Assembly: GCA_900545735.1 (NCBI GenBank)
Contig: URAC01000001.1
Location: 1-48,871, forward strand
From: an uncultured Bacillota bacterium
GTDB lineage: Bacteria > Bacillota > Clostridia > Christensenellales > UBA1242
Reading direction: 5' to 3'
DNA length: 48,871 bases
Shown here: piece by piece, positions 35,001 to 42,729 of the stretch
Layout: the number at the start of each line of letters is the position of its first letter
How positions within the stretch are numbered: the first letter of the stretch is position 1
Notes under the pieces: model-generated
The model's database searches: none
Told to the model about the DNA's origin: nothing
Seen by the model: only the letters and a program-made list of their open reading frames with translations
Program-made: the position numbers and the translations under genes

Positions 35001-36487
35001 TCATATTGAGCAAATGAGTATGAGCCAAATCCTGTGTATCCACTTGGAATATTTGCCAAATACCATCTTGCGATTTTATAGTTTTTATTTGTTTCAAGTC
35101 TTTCTTTGTTATAGCTTGGTGCAGATTTATCAATAACAAATTTACTAACAGTTGTATTTCCTGCAAGGTCAGTAATTGTTATTGTGTATTGTCCTTCATT
35201 ATTAAACCAAGTTCCACTTGTAAATGGTTTTGTTTCTCCGTTAAAAGTGTAAGTTGCTGTTTCTGGACTTTCAGTATTTTCATCATATCCAAAGTTCACT
35301 TGAACTTGGTCTTTGAAAACACCTTCAATAATAGTTTGACTTTTTGACCCATCGGCATTTGTATTGATTGTTCCTGCCCTACGATTATCCATAGCATTTG
35401 CATTGTGATATGTGTAAGACACATCTGGCAACTTATCATCAATAAAGCAATAGTATGTTGCGTATATATTTTCTCCGCCATTTTCAATATCTACTTTTGT
35501 TTTACCAATATTTGAGATAGTTATGTGATGACCATCTTTATATGGCGCAACAGAAGTTCCATATTGTGGTGTAGCTTGAACATCATCTATCTTTACATAG
35601 TTATTAAGATTTGTTGCGATTGCCACAAATTCATTTGGCGAATAATACGCAAGTTGACCTTTATAAATCCCAGTTCCAACTTTATAATTTGTTGTTAGTT
35701 TATTAGTCCAATCTCTGTTAGCAACTTCAAAATACATACTTATTGTTTGGTCAAAGTCGTATCCACCACCTGTTCCACCCCAAAAGGTGTTTTCCCAATA
35801 AGCATTTCCTTTAAATCCAATGCCAACAAAATTTACACCATCATATTTTATCTTGCCATCTTTTTCAATAATTGTTCCAATAGTCTTTGTTCCATTACTA
35901 GGTTGACCAACATCAGCTTCATCAGTTTTTATTGTCTTATTATCTTGGCAGAATTTATTTTGTAATTTGCCATTTTTGAATTTTCCCTGTCTTGTAGTCC
36001 AAAGAAAGCCACCGTTATCTGACGGCAATCCAGTTTCTACCGCATAAGTGTAACAAGGAAAATCAACTTTTTCCCAAGTATTTACACCGGGCAAACTACA
36101 TTTCAAAATTCCATCATCATCATAAATAGGTCTTCCATCACTTCTTACAAGTCTAAAGAACCTTGCAAAAGACAAATAATGAAAACTATTTCCACCATAG
36201 CCACTATCTCTACAACTATTGTAGATTCCAAGAGTTTTGTAGGCTCTAAGTCCACCATCTGCATAAGGTGTATCTGCTGACAAATTAGCATTGCTGTAAT
36301 CTGGTGGCGTGTAATCACTCCCACCGCCCATATCTGGAAATACCATAGGGCCAATAATCACACCCATCGTTGAATATCCACCGGGTCTTTGTATTTTAAA
36401 ACTACCAGTTGCAAATAGAATGGCGGGAATAATACAAACCACACAAATCAGTGCTTTCCAAAAGTTTTTAATAGTTTTATTTTTCAT
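32051..36487 (-). CDS. Giant surface protein (1478 aa) with at least 8 tandem Ig-like repeat modules, a C-terminal TM anchor and an acidic tail; putative mating adhesin
   Basis: N-terminal TM (ALICVVCIIPAILFA). The recurring module ends ...G.YT(I/V)...D..GN.....F.IDK..P. Examples are EGQYTITITDLAGNTTVSKFVIDKSAPS, EGDYTITLSDEIGNQTTVKFSIDKS, EGTYVVRLFDEYGNSYFFTFEIDKTPPKA and HGKYVVYISDRAKNYISFEFEIDK. C-terminal TM: VAVIAGLGALVVLLIILLI. Confidence 0.65.
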   Translation of the reverse strand: MKNKTIKNFWKALICVVCIIPAILFATGSFKIQRPGGYSTMGVIIGPMVFPDMGGGSDYTPPDYSNANLSADTPYADGGLRAYKTLGIYNSCRDSGYGGNSFHYLSFARFFRLVRSDGRPIYDDDGILKCSLPGVNTWEKVDFPCYTYAVETGLPSDNGGFLWTTRQGKFKNGKLQNKFCQDNKTIKTDEADVGQPSNGTKTIGTIIEKDGKIKYDGVNFVGIGFKGNAYWENTFWGGTGGGYDFDQTISMYFEVANRDWTNKLTTNYKVGTGIYKGQLAYYSPNEFVAIATNLNNYVKIDDVQATPQYGTSVAPYKDGHHITISNIGKTKVDIENGGENIYATYYCFIDDKLPDVSYTYHNANAMDNRRAGTINTNADGSKSQTIIEGVFKDQVQVNFGYDENTESPETATYTFNGETKPFTSGTWFNNEGQYTITITDLAGNTTVSKFVIDKSAPSYNKERLETNKNYKIARWYLANIPSGYTGFGSYSFAQYDDALSFATKLEEQNKVTNFTLNNLDDFTETNRVASGNTIKLGDYWLYKSLNDENLYVYYFDRNSLLQAITKYAKKFISEPQTCRLNSSIYPNDYGNKIDDSVIENYIEINGIKGYIVNDFTFKYKDDNETYAIYYEFLGDDTVNWKQFAYGVPFSKQVTSHGLYQIKEVDYVGHETPYYVFLDVQAPLLDIKGKIYGKDKEVTRTISKADIPANSELIFYYEDFEILNVIEDDKWWVMEVKCPDNTTKRFTYLDEMPDFSELGSGIFQINIADRVGNAFTFKVALLGKAPEAKFKTINANTQLEIKIDKGESYNSIQDLKIYRNGICLNSELGYDEFPNIDNNDLIFINPTTLKYVFNKGGIYTVEITDNFGRILTYEFKFEKDLPTGILVGVTHNGKTKDVVKFIYDSNKYFVIVSKNNITFTPDGTTDNNLTTIVFLPEDDSLINYSIQLIDKSDTENYNIYNFTIKTIKPKLNLYNVEPNGTTGSNVYANWETNDDEEYSACYTINGITKEYKSGQVLSNEGDYTITLSDEIGNQTTVKFSIDKSIDFVIADAQGKQYKVEEIRYINFDIRLINKENLSISITNNNEDFDYEFGLMITDEGTYVVRLFDEYGNSYFFTFEIDKTPPKATLYGVEEFGKTRGSAWITSQESNLTCWYVKDNSIREEYRLGDEITAHGKYVVYISDRAKNYISFEFEIDKEISYDINTYHGGISNAGVRLIAYENLKIIMYKDGKPFDYKFEQILNEDGEYSYTITDELGNMISSFFTIITKKKQNLKHLLQSGIEIKNVTFNDEDFEFQIVDREFYIYDEGTYHVEVLDTLAGKTYSFEITLDTTPPTLVLVGVNNGGSTKNKVVMKDVSEKPCDLIVTVDGANFDYKLGDEIEKSGRFVVELIDEAGNKTVYIFERVYSLNGASVAVIAGLGALVVLLIILLIKSRHHYYADKVEETVTETVVDDDFDDGEDIVIDGDEGTDESDENGEN

Positions 36488-38651
36488 ATTTCCTCAACCT
36501 TTGAAGTTGTCTTGCCTTTGCAGATATTATTCGTGCTTCCTCATAATTATCTGCATTTTGACTTTTCGCAACTTCTTCTAATCTTGCAGTTAGTTCTATG
36601 AGTTTGATATATTTTCTTTCTTCTAGTGCGTCTTTTATTTCTAATTTCAAATCAAATAGTCCAAGACTTTCAAAGTCAAATTTTTCAACTTGAATATTCA
36701 AAGTGTGTATGAAAGGTTCAAGATTACTTTCCTTCTTCTTTGGATTTTTCTCATTCACCTTTTTGTTTCTATCAAGCATATTGTAGAAAACCTTTTCTTC
36801 ATTAAAGTATTTTCCTTGTGAGAGTAACTGATTGGTTTTCTCTAACACAAAATGTCTTGTTTTAAAACTTGGAGTAAATTTGCTTTTTACTGGTGGAAAT
36901 CCAAAAATATTAACTATTGCATTTCCAATATCTTTAGCACTATTTAATTGTTGCAATTCAGTAGGATAAATAAGTGGTCTTTCTTTAACACTTATTGAAC
37001 TTCCTACTCCACTATTTGATGAAGAAAAACTAACATTCTTTTGAATAATTGAGTAGTTTCCACATTTCTTTGAAAACTCATCAATAGTTTTTAGGTCAGT
37101 TGTTCCGATAAATATTTGAATGTTGCAGTTGGATTTTATAATGTCGGCTGATTTGTCATCATAAACTTTGGAAAGTTGTGCGTATGATTGAACAACCAGT
37201 GCGAGCCAAATTCTTCTTGAACGACCGACCGTAATCATTTGTTCAAGCTTGTGAATTTGTGGCAAGTTACCAAACTCATCTAATAGCAAATATACACTTC
37301 TTGGAAGCGATAAATCCGGATAGGTATTGGCTTTTGCAACCAATGCCTTGTAGGTTTGTAGAATAACCATACCCGCAAGTGTGTGTCGCGTCTCCTTTTC
37401 GTCCGGGATTTGCAAAAATAATGCTGTAGGTTTTGTTGCAATTTCACCTAAATCAATTTCATTGGCACTTGTCAATGAACAAATACTCATATCACTAAAC
37501 AATGACAATTTATCAAAGATTGTAGATAGATATGAACCACGAGTTTTATCACTGGCGTCTAAAACCTGTTTTGACAAACTTACACTTTTCGAGATTGGAC
37601 TTCTTCCAGCAAAATACTCAATTAAATCCTCACAATCGTTTTGCGTGTTAGTTGCAATCTTCATGACATTATAGAAATTGAATTTTTCTTTCGTCATTCC
37701 AAGTTCTGGCTTTTCACTATCTTCCAACATTGCTAGTGTAATGGCCAATATAAAGTTTTTTGCACCACTTTCCCAAATAGGTTCATTTTTGCTTTTTACT
37801 GGGCAAAGGACCGAACATATATCATTCAAATCTTCATAGACTTCGTCAAAAATGGCTTGTTTTCTTACTTGAACAGCAGCATTTTTTTCATTCACATCAT
37901 AATAGATTTTATCTTCAAACACATAGTAGCCTTCTTCTTCGTTTACAACCACTTTATCTTCCAATGAAAGCATTTCTTGATACATTTCATAAGGTTTTTC
38001 AAGTGGGTTCCAGCGAATACTACAATAAGGATTTCTTAAATCCAAAACCTTCACATCATATCCCCTTTTGATTAAACTTTTTGCGTGTAATGCGTAAAGC
38101 TCTCCCTTGGGGTCTGAAATCAACATTGACGGTTTTCCCTTTGTGTTTGCTAATATTTGAACTGTTGGATTGATAAACGTTGTTGTTTTACCACTACCAG
38201 TTGTTCCGATAATAAGTGTGTGTGCCGGTTTGGCAAAAGTGATTTTATAATCCTTCTTTCCTTCTTCGGCAATAATTGGTATTCCTTCAATGTCAAGGTT
38301 TGGCAAGTCATCATAACTTACTGTGTTAAAGTTGGTTTCTATTTCTTTTTGCGTTTCAAAATGAGCTTGTTCAAGTCCTGTATAGATTTCATTTTGATTT
38401 CCATCTTTTACTTGCATAAGTTTCTTTGGATTTTTACCTATTCCCTTATACCAGTTAAAGATATTGATAACCATAAAGACCGCAAAGAGTTCAAATCCAT
38501 ACAAAAAAGTATTCTTTGCAATCAGTAACTCTGGTGTGATTTTAAAATCAAACACAAAGCGATTTGTAACGAACATATTGAGTAAGTATCCACAACAATA
38601 ACAAATCATTAGGCCTATCGTGCATAAAATAACTCTTTTTGTTATCTTCAA
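36477..38651 (-). CDS. VirD4/TraG-type coupling protein
   Basis: Two N-terminal TMs. Walker A IIGTTGSGKTTT and Walker B VYLLLDEFGNLP. Confidence 0.85.
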   Translation of the reverse strand: MKITKRVILCTIGLMICYCCGYLLNMFVTNRFVFDFKITPELLIAKNTFLYGFELFAVFMVINIFNWYKGIGKNPKKLMQVKDGNQNEIYTGLEQAHFETQKEIETNFNTVSYDDLPNLDIEGIPIIAEEGKKDYKITFAKPAHTLIIGTTGSGKTTTFINPTVQILANTKGKPSMLISDPKGELYALHAKSLIKRGYDVKVLDLRNPYCSIRWNPLEKPYEMYQEMLSLEDKVVVNEEEGYYVFEDKIYYDVNEKNAAVQVRKQAIFDEVYEDLNDICSVLCPVKSKNEPIWESGAKNFILAITLAMLEDSEKPELGMTKEKFNFYNVMKIATNTQNDCEDLIEYFAGRSPISKSVSLSKQVLDASDKTRGSYLSTIFDKLSLFSDMSICSLTSANEIDLGEIATKPTALFLQIPDEKETRHTLAGMVILQTYKALVAKANTYPDLSLPRSVYLLLDEFGNLPQIHKLEQMITVGRSRRIWLALVVQSYAQLSKVYDDKSADIIKSNCNIQIFIGTTDLKTIDEFSKKCGNYSIIQKNVSFSSSNSGVGSSISVKERPLIYPTELQQLNSAKDIGNAIVNIFGFPPVKSKFTPSFKTRHFVLEKTNQLLSQGKYFNEEKVFYNMLDRNKKVNEKNPKKKESNLEPFIHTLNIQVEKFDFESLGLFDLKLEIKDALEERKYIKLIELTARLEEVAKSQNADNYEEARIISAKARQLQRLRKYEK

Positions 38652-39832
38652 TCCAAATATCCTTCTTCTTGCAAGCGTTTATAATTTGCTTGTTCAAGCC
38701 TTCTAAGATAATCTTGAAATGAATTAACAATTTCTCGATTGACCATATCATTTAACTGAAAACAGCGTTTTAAAAGAATTTGTCTTTTTCTTTTTTCAAT
38801 CCTTTTTTGAACCAACCTGTTTTTTATATCTCTATCTTGTTTTTGTTGTTCGATTCGGATTTGTTTCGCTGTTTGAATTACAATATTACCAAGTCTTCGA
38901 TACAAATCTTTTATACATTTATCTCTTAAAAGTTTGTCTGAATAATCAAGGTTTAATTGAGAATAAACTCTCTCAATTTCTTTATCTCTTTTGGATAACA
39001 CCCTGTCAAACTTGGTATATTTTTCGTATAGGTCATTATCTGATTTGATTATTTCTCTAACAATTTGATTTATTTGTGGTTTATACTCTTTCATATTTTC
39101 GCTATCATAAGACAATCTTCCTTTTGTTGGAACAATGCCTATTAGGATTTTTATTTGCTTCATATAATCTCCATTTGATAGTTTTTCTTTTATTTGATGT
39201 GTCATAAGTTGTCTATTTTCAAAGACTTCTTTTGAGATATTCAAAAGTCTAATTTCCATTGATGTTTTAGTGCTGTTAATAGCTTTTAATTTGATATGCC
39301 CATCGGAAAATACCGGTTTTTCTTTTCCAATTTTTATTCTTTGTGGGGACTTTTCAAAGAACGAAAAATGAATATGTTTATTATCAGTATTTTCATGCAA
39401 TCCAGCATACCAAACGATATTGTTAGGATTTAGATTAGCCTTTTGGAAAAACTTTGGCATTTCCAATTTCATCATAGCAATAGCTTTTTCAGTTGTATCA
39501 CAATATGTGTTCCCAAATTCCTCAGTAAATGAGATAACTCCATGCCAAATAACACTTTCTGTATCCCTAAGCTGATTACGCAATTCTTTTAATTCGGATT
39601 TACTCATAAGACCTTTTTCATTAAAAACACCTTTGCTCTTTTCTTTGTTACCCGAATACATTACATAGTCAATTTTTTCTTTACTCCCTGTTTCAACATA
39701 TTGCACATAATCGTGATTTTGATTGCTACTATAAAATTGTCTTTCTGTGGACTTCTCTTTCCCTTCCAAGATATCTTTTCTACTTTCTGGCAAAGCATAG
39801 CCAATGAAAAAATTTACATTTGGAACACTCAT
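38648..39832 (-). CDS. Relaxase (MobL-like / histidine-triad type)
   Basis: VIWHGVISFTEEFG and WYAGLHENTDNKHIHFSFFE (HxDx3HxH-like metal triad). The stop-start overlap with the coupling protein gene is 4 nt. Confidence 0.6.
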   Translation of the reverse strand: MSVPNVNFFIGYALPESRKDILEGKEKSTERQFYSSNQNHDYVQYVETGSKEKIDYVMYSGNKEKSKGVFNEKGLMSKSELKELRNQLRDTESVIWHGVISFTEEFGNTYCDTTEKAIAMMKLEMPKFFQKANLNPNNIVWYAGLHENTDNKHIHFSFFEKSPQRIKIGKEKPVFSDGHIKLKAINSTKTSMEIRLLNISKEVFENRQLMTHQIKEKLSNGDYMKQIKILIGIVPTKGRLSYDSENMKEYKPQINQIVREIIKSDNDLYEKYTKFDRVLSKRDKEIERVYSQLNLDYSDKLLRDKCIKDLYRRLGNIVIQTAKQIRIEQQKQDRDIKNRLVQKRIEKRKRQILLKRCFQLNDMVNREIVNSFQDYLRRLEQANYKRLQEEGYLD

Positions 39833-40290
39833 TTATTTTTCTTTGTTACAACTTTAAGCACATCTTCTAAAATACCTTCAAGCATTTTTTCAAATCTATT
39901 TGGCAGTTTTTCGTAAATCCCTTCTTCAACACTTTCTCTATCAATTGGTGCTTCTTCAGACAAACCAAGAAGCATATTGTAGTTATTTGTTAAAAGTTTT
40001 TGATTTACTGTAATGTTTGCCATACATTCTTTTGATGTTACTTCACATAATCTCATAAGCTCAGTCAACTTCTCAAATGTTTTATGAACTTCATCATAAA
40101 GTTCTTTTAGGTCTTTTGGATTTTTAATTCCAAGTCTATCTCTCTCAATAACTTCCATTCCCTTGATAATACAATCAACTAAAAATGGATTTCTTTTTGA
40201 ATGATAGATGTTTCTTAACTGCTTTTCCAAATCCTTAATTTTGTTCACGAGTTCAACATCGTAAATTCTCACTGTGAATTGTTCTTGCAT
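39829..40290 (-). CDS. Hypothetical protein upstream of the relaxase (possible relaxosome accessory factor)
   Basis: 153 aa with AAGGAG upstream and a 4-nt overlap with the relaxase gene. The function is guessed from position only. Confidence 0.35.
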   Translation of the reverse strand: MQEQFTVRIYDVELVNKIKDLEKQLRNIYHSKRNPFLVDCIIKGMEVIERDRLGIKNPKDLKELYDEVHKTFEKLTELMRLCEVTSKECMANITVNQKLLTNNYNMLLGLSEEAPIDRESVEEGIYEKLPNRFEKMLEGILEDVLKVVTKKNK

Positions 40291-40498
40291 TTCTTCTCCT
40301 TAAAATCATGATTTCATTTTGTAGGTAAAATCGTCCCCAAAGCCAATTCAGTATTCACATTTTTCATAATTGTTTGCCTAAATACGAACTTGTCCTTTGC
40401 ATTTTTCCCTACACTTATATAGGAAATCGTAATACAGTTAATGTGCTAAAACCCCCATTTTATAAGGGTTTTAGGCACTCCCCATTTTTAAAATTTTT

Positions 40499-41083
40499 TT
40501 AAAATTTATTTTTTGTAAACTTTTCTCTTTCTTTTCTATTTTGAAATTTTATGTCTGCATCTAAAAAGTCTTTAATGTATTTGCAACCTCTTTGTATACT
40601 TGTTTGAGCAGCACCTTTTGATATGCCTAATTCTCTTGCGACCCCACCAATTGACAAGTTTTTGAAAAATCTTAAATACATAGCATTTTTTACACTTTCA
40701 GACATTTTTGGCATTTGCTTTTTAATTTCTAATAGTAATTTTTTTCTAAATGCTTTGTATTCGTTACTTTTAAAATATCTTTCTTCTCTTATTTGTCTAG
40801 CAAACTCATTTTCTATTGAAGATGAACTTGATGGTTGAAATCCATTATCCATTATTTCATCTAACGAACGAAATCCTGCTTCAAATTCTTGTTGGTAATA
40901 CTTATTTTGCTTTCTCTTTGAAAGGTTTTCAATTTCTTCTTTACTTAGTGGCTTAAAATATTCTTTATCTTCCTCTAAAATGTGAGCCACCTTTGCACTT
41001 ACTTTTACTTCAACTTTTGCTTTTGCATTTATTCTATCTAAATATTCAATTTTCATTTTCTTACTCCTAAATTTTGTGGTCAT
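40499..41083 (-). CDS. Sigma-70 region-4-like HTH regulator
   Basis: C-terminal segment MYLRFFKNLSIGGVARELGISKGAAQTSIQRGCKYIKDFL resembles sigma-70 region 4. It is paired with an upstream HTH gene, as in Tn916-type regulatory modules. Confidence 0.5.
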   Translation of the reverse strand: MTTKFRSKKMKIEYLDRINAKAKVEVKVSAKVAHILEEDKEYFKPLSKEEIENLSKRKQNKYYQQEFEAGFRSLDEIMDNGFQPSSSSSIENEFARQIREERYFKSNEYKAFRKKLLLEIKKQMPKMSESVKNAMYLRFFKNLSIGGVARELGISKGAAQTSIQRGCKYIKDFLDADIKFQNRKEREKFTKNKF

Positions 41084-41423
41084 TATATGTAAATCTTGTA
41101 ATCAGGTTAGCAATCAATTCTTGGTCAACATCTTCACTCTTAGATTTCTGCAACAATGTAAGAGCTTTGTTGATGACTTGCAGTTCATCGTTTGTTAAAA
41201 CCTTTCCTTGATGTACATAACTTTTATCCAAGCACACACCGCCACGATTTATGCCTCCACAAAAAGTATTGATGGGATAGCGATATGATAATGATTGAAT
41301 ATGTTTTGCTACTGTATTTTTATGGACTTCAACTTCATCTGCAATTTCTTGCAACGTATGAACCTTGCAATCAGATAAAATATTTAAAATATCAGCAGTT
41401 ATACTTGATTTTTTTAAATCCAT
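41067..41423 (-). CDS. Helix-turn-helix DNA-binding protein
   Basis: HTLQEIADEVEVHKNTVAKHIQSL is an HTH. AAAGGAGG lies upstream. It overlaps the sigma-like gene. Confidence 0.5.
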   Translation of the reverse strand: MDLKKSSITADILNILSDCKVHTLQEIADEVEVHKNTVAKHIQSLSYRYPINTFCGGINRGGVCLDKSYVHQGKVLTNDELQVINKALTLLQKSKSEDVDQELIANLITRFTYNDHKI

Positions 41424-41545
41424 TCGCTATCTCACCTCCTTTCTTTTTGTTTTGACACCCATACTTTAACAAGGTCGCATCACACCCATTGTGTGACGCG
41501 GGATAAGTTTTTTAATTTTTTGAAAATTTTTTCTAACAAATAAAA

Positions 41546-41590
41546 AACCTTAATGCCGTTTGGGAAAAGGATTTCCATAGCATTAAGGTT
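41546..41590 (-). terminator. Strong rho-independent terminator
   Basis: Stem AACCTTAATGC pairs with GCATTAAGGTT (11 bp). A T-run follows on the minus strand. Confidence 0.7.
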
Positions 41591-41727
41591 CGTGGACCAA
41601 ATTATATAATTATCTAACAAGAAAAAATAATATATAAATATTTATTATATATAAAACTAGGTGGTCTTTTAGGCACTTAGTTGTTTTCTTGTAAGACAAT
41701 GTTTTTTTATTTGTAAAAAATAAAAAT

Positions 41728-41773
41728 GGCCACCGTGCTACAAAAATTCTTATCTTTTTGAAGCACAATGGCC
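41728..41773 (-). terminator. Terminator after the lexA/Zn-ribbon pair
   Basis: The minus strand reads GGCCATTGTGCT...AGCACGGTGGCC followed by ATTTTTATTTTTT. Confidence 0.6.
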
Positions 41774-41786
41774 TACTAACTATTTA

Positions 41787-41981
41787 TTAATTTTTAAAAC
41801 CCATCAAGATATAAACTTCTGCTTTACATCTTTGACAAGTACAATGAAATGTTCTTTGTTTTTTACCAACAATTTTTGGTTCGCTCTTTGTGATAGAAAA
41901 AACACTATTTTCATCATCTGTTGATTGAACAAAACCAATACAACGACCACAATATGGGCATTTCATTTTTTGTTCCATCAA
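41787..41981 (-). CDS. Small zinc-ribbon protein (64 aa), Com-like architecture
   Basis: Two CxxC pairs (CPYC ... CQRC) about 40 aa apart. It starts 15 nt downstream of the lexA stop on the same strand. Confidence 0.5.
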   Translation of the reverse strand: MMEQKMKCPYCGRCIGFVQSTDDENSVFSITKSEPKIVGKKQRTFHCTCQRCKAEVYILMGFKN

Positions 41982-41996
41982 GTTTCGCCTCCTAAA

Positions 41997-42593
41997 CTAA
42001 AAATTATGAATAACGTGTTTAACCACTCCTTGTATGATTAATTCTTTTGTAATAATGTCGTCATATTTAGGGTTTTCGGCATGAAGAATTGCATAACCAT
42101 TTTTTCTATACAATCTTTTTACTGTTGCAGAGTCATTTATTAAAGCAACCACAATTTCTCCATCATCAGCATAGTTTGTAATTGTTGCAACTATCAAATC
42201 TCCATCATTTATTCCAGCACCTATCATACTGTCGCCTTTGGCATGCAAAAGCATTACCTTTTCATTACCAAATATTTGAGTTGGCAATGCAAATGTTCCC
42301 TCAATATTCTCTTCTGCTAGTATTGGTTTACCACAAGCAACTTGTCCTACTAATGGGGCTACAATAGTATTACCAGTTTCTAATCTTGTTGGGGTTACAA
42401 TTCGACCTAAATCATTTCTTTCAATAAGACCACGAGTTTGTAAAATCTTCACATACTTTTGAGCAGTTGCTAAGCTTGGGAAACGGGCTGCATGAGCAAT
42501 TTGCCTATAAGATGGAGACCTACCTTCTCTTACTTGAAAAGTCTTAATGAAATCAAGGACATGACTAACTTTGTTCTCATCAATAACCTTCAT
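41997..42593 (-). CDS. lexA: LexA repressor (S24 peptidase)
   Basis: Winged-HTH N-domain (PSYRQIAHAARFPSLATAQKYVKILQTRGLIERN). The cleavage region is VGQVACGKPI. The catalytic Ser is in AKGDSM and the Lys in VKRL. I set the start at ATG 42593 (MKVIDENK), which has AAAGGAGA upstream. The track extension covers the gene's own promoter and SOS box. Confidence 0.9.
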   Translation of the reverse strand: MKVIDENKVSHVLDFIKTFQVREGRSPSYRQIAHAARFPSLATAQKYVKILQTRGLIERNDLGRIVTPTRLETGNTIVAPLVGQVACGKPILAEENIEGTFALPTQIFGNEKVMLLHAKGDSMIGAGINDGDLIVATITNYADDGEIVVALINDSATVKRLYRKNGYAILHAENPKYDDIITKELIIQGVVKHVIHNF

Positions 42594-42641
42594 AAACCTT
42601 TCTCCTTTCATAAATGAACACATCTGTTCACTTATGTTTTT

Positions 42642-42670
42642 AGTATAGAACATTTGTTCTAATATAGCAA
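42642..42670 (-). promoter_or_regulatory. lexA promoter with an embedded SOS (Cheo-type) box
   Basis: The minus strand reads TTGCTA, a 17-nt spacer, then TATACT. The palindrome AGAACAAATGTTCT (42647-42660; GAAC-N4-GTTC) fills the spacer. Confidence 0.75.
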
Positions 42671-42729
42671 GAGAAAACAAAATAAAAAATCCCCATCAAA
42701 CCTTGAACGGAACGATTAGTGATTTCAAT

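Larger units (their letters stand above)
15882..41500. mobile_element. Integrative conjugative element inserted next to tRNA-Thr (left junction supported; right boundary not resolved and may lie beyond the window)
   Basis: The integrase and Xis genes sit ~350 bp from the tRNA 3' end. A near-uninterrupted minus-strand block follows, encoding maintenance/anti-restriction functions, a type IV secretion system, a relaxase and regulators. I found no copy of the tRNA 3' part anywhere in the window's intergenic regions. Confidence 0.7.

Noticed and set aside
40303-40498. oriT call in the relaxase-upstream intergenic region (palindrome AAATCATGATTT; hairpin AAAACCC...GGGTTTT)
   Set aside because: The hairpin is better explained as the terminator of the sigma-like gene. 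The 12-nt AT palindrome is unremarkable in AT-rich DNA, and I recognise no nick-site consensus.
15652-41680. Recurring short motif (A)GGCACT(TT) near 15652, 15752, 15913, 31925 (reverse), 40477 and 41669, considered as possible att core or element-end repeats
   Set aside because: Only 7-8 nt are shared and the flanks differ, which is expected by chance in ~49 kb. It is not sufficient to define attL/attR.
42615-42630. Second LexA box TGAACACATCTGTTCA
   Set aside because: The arms are palindromic, but the spacing is GAAC-N6-GTTC, not the N4 of the Firmicutes consensus. I kept it only as a remark within the lexA finding, not as a called site.
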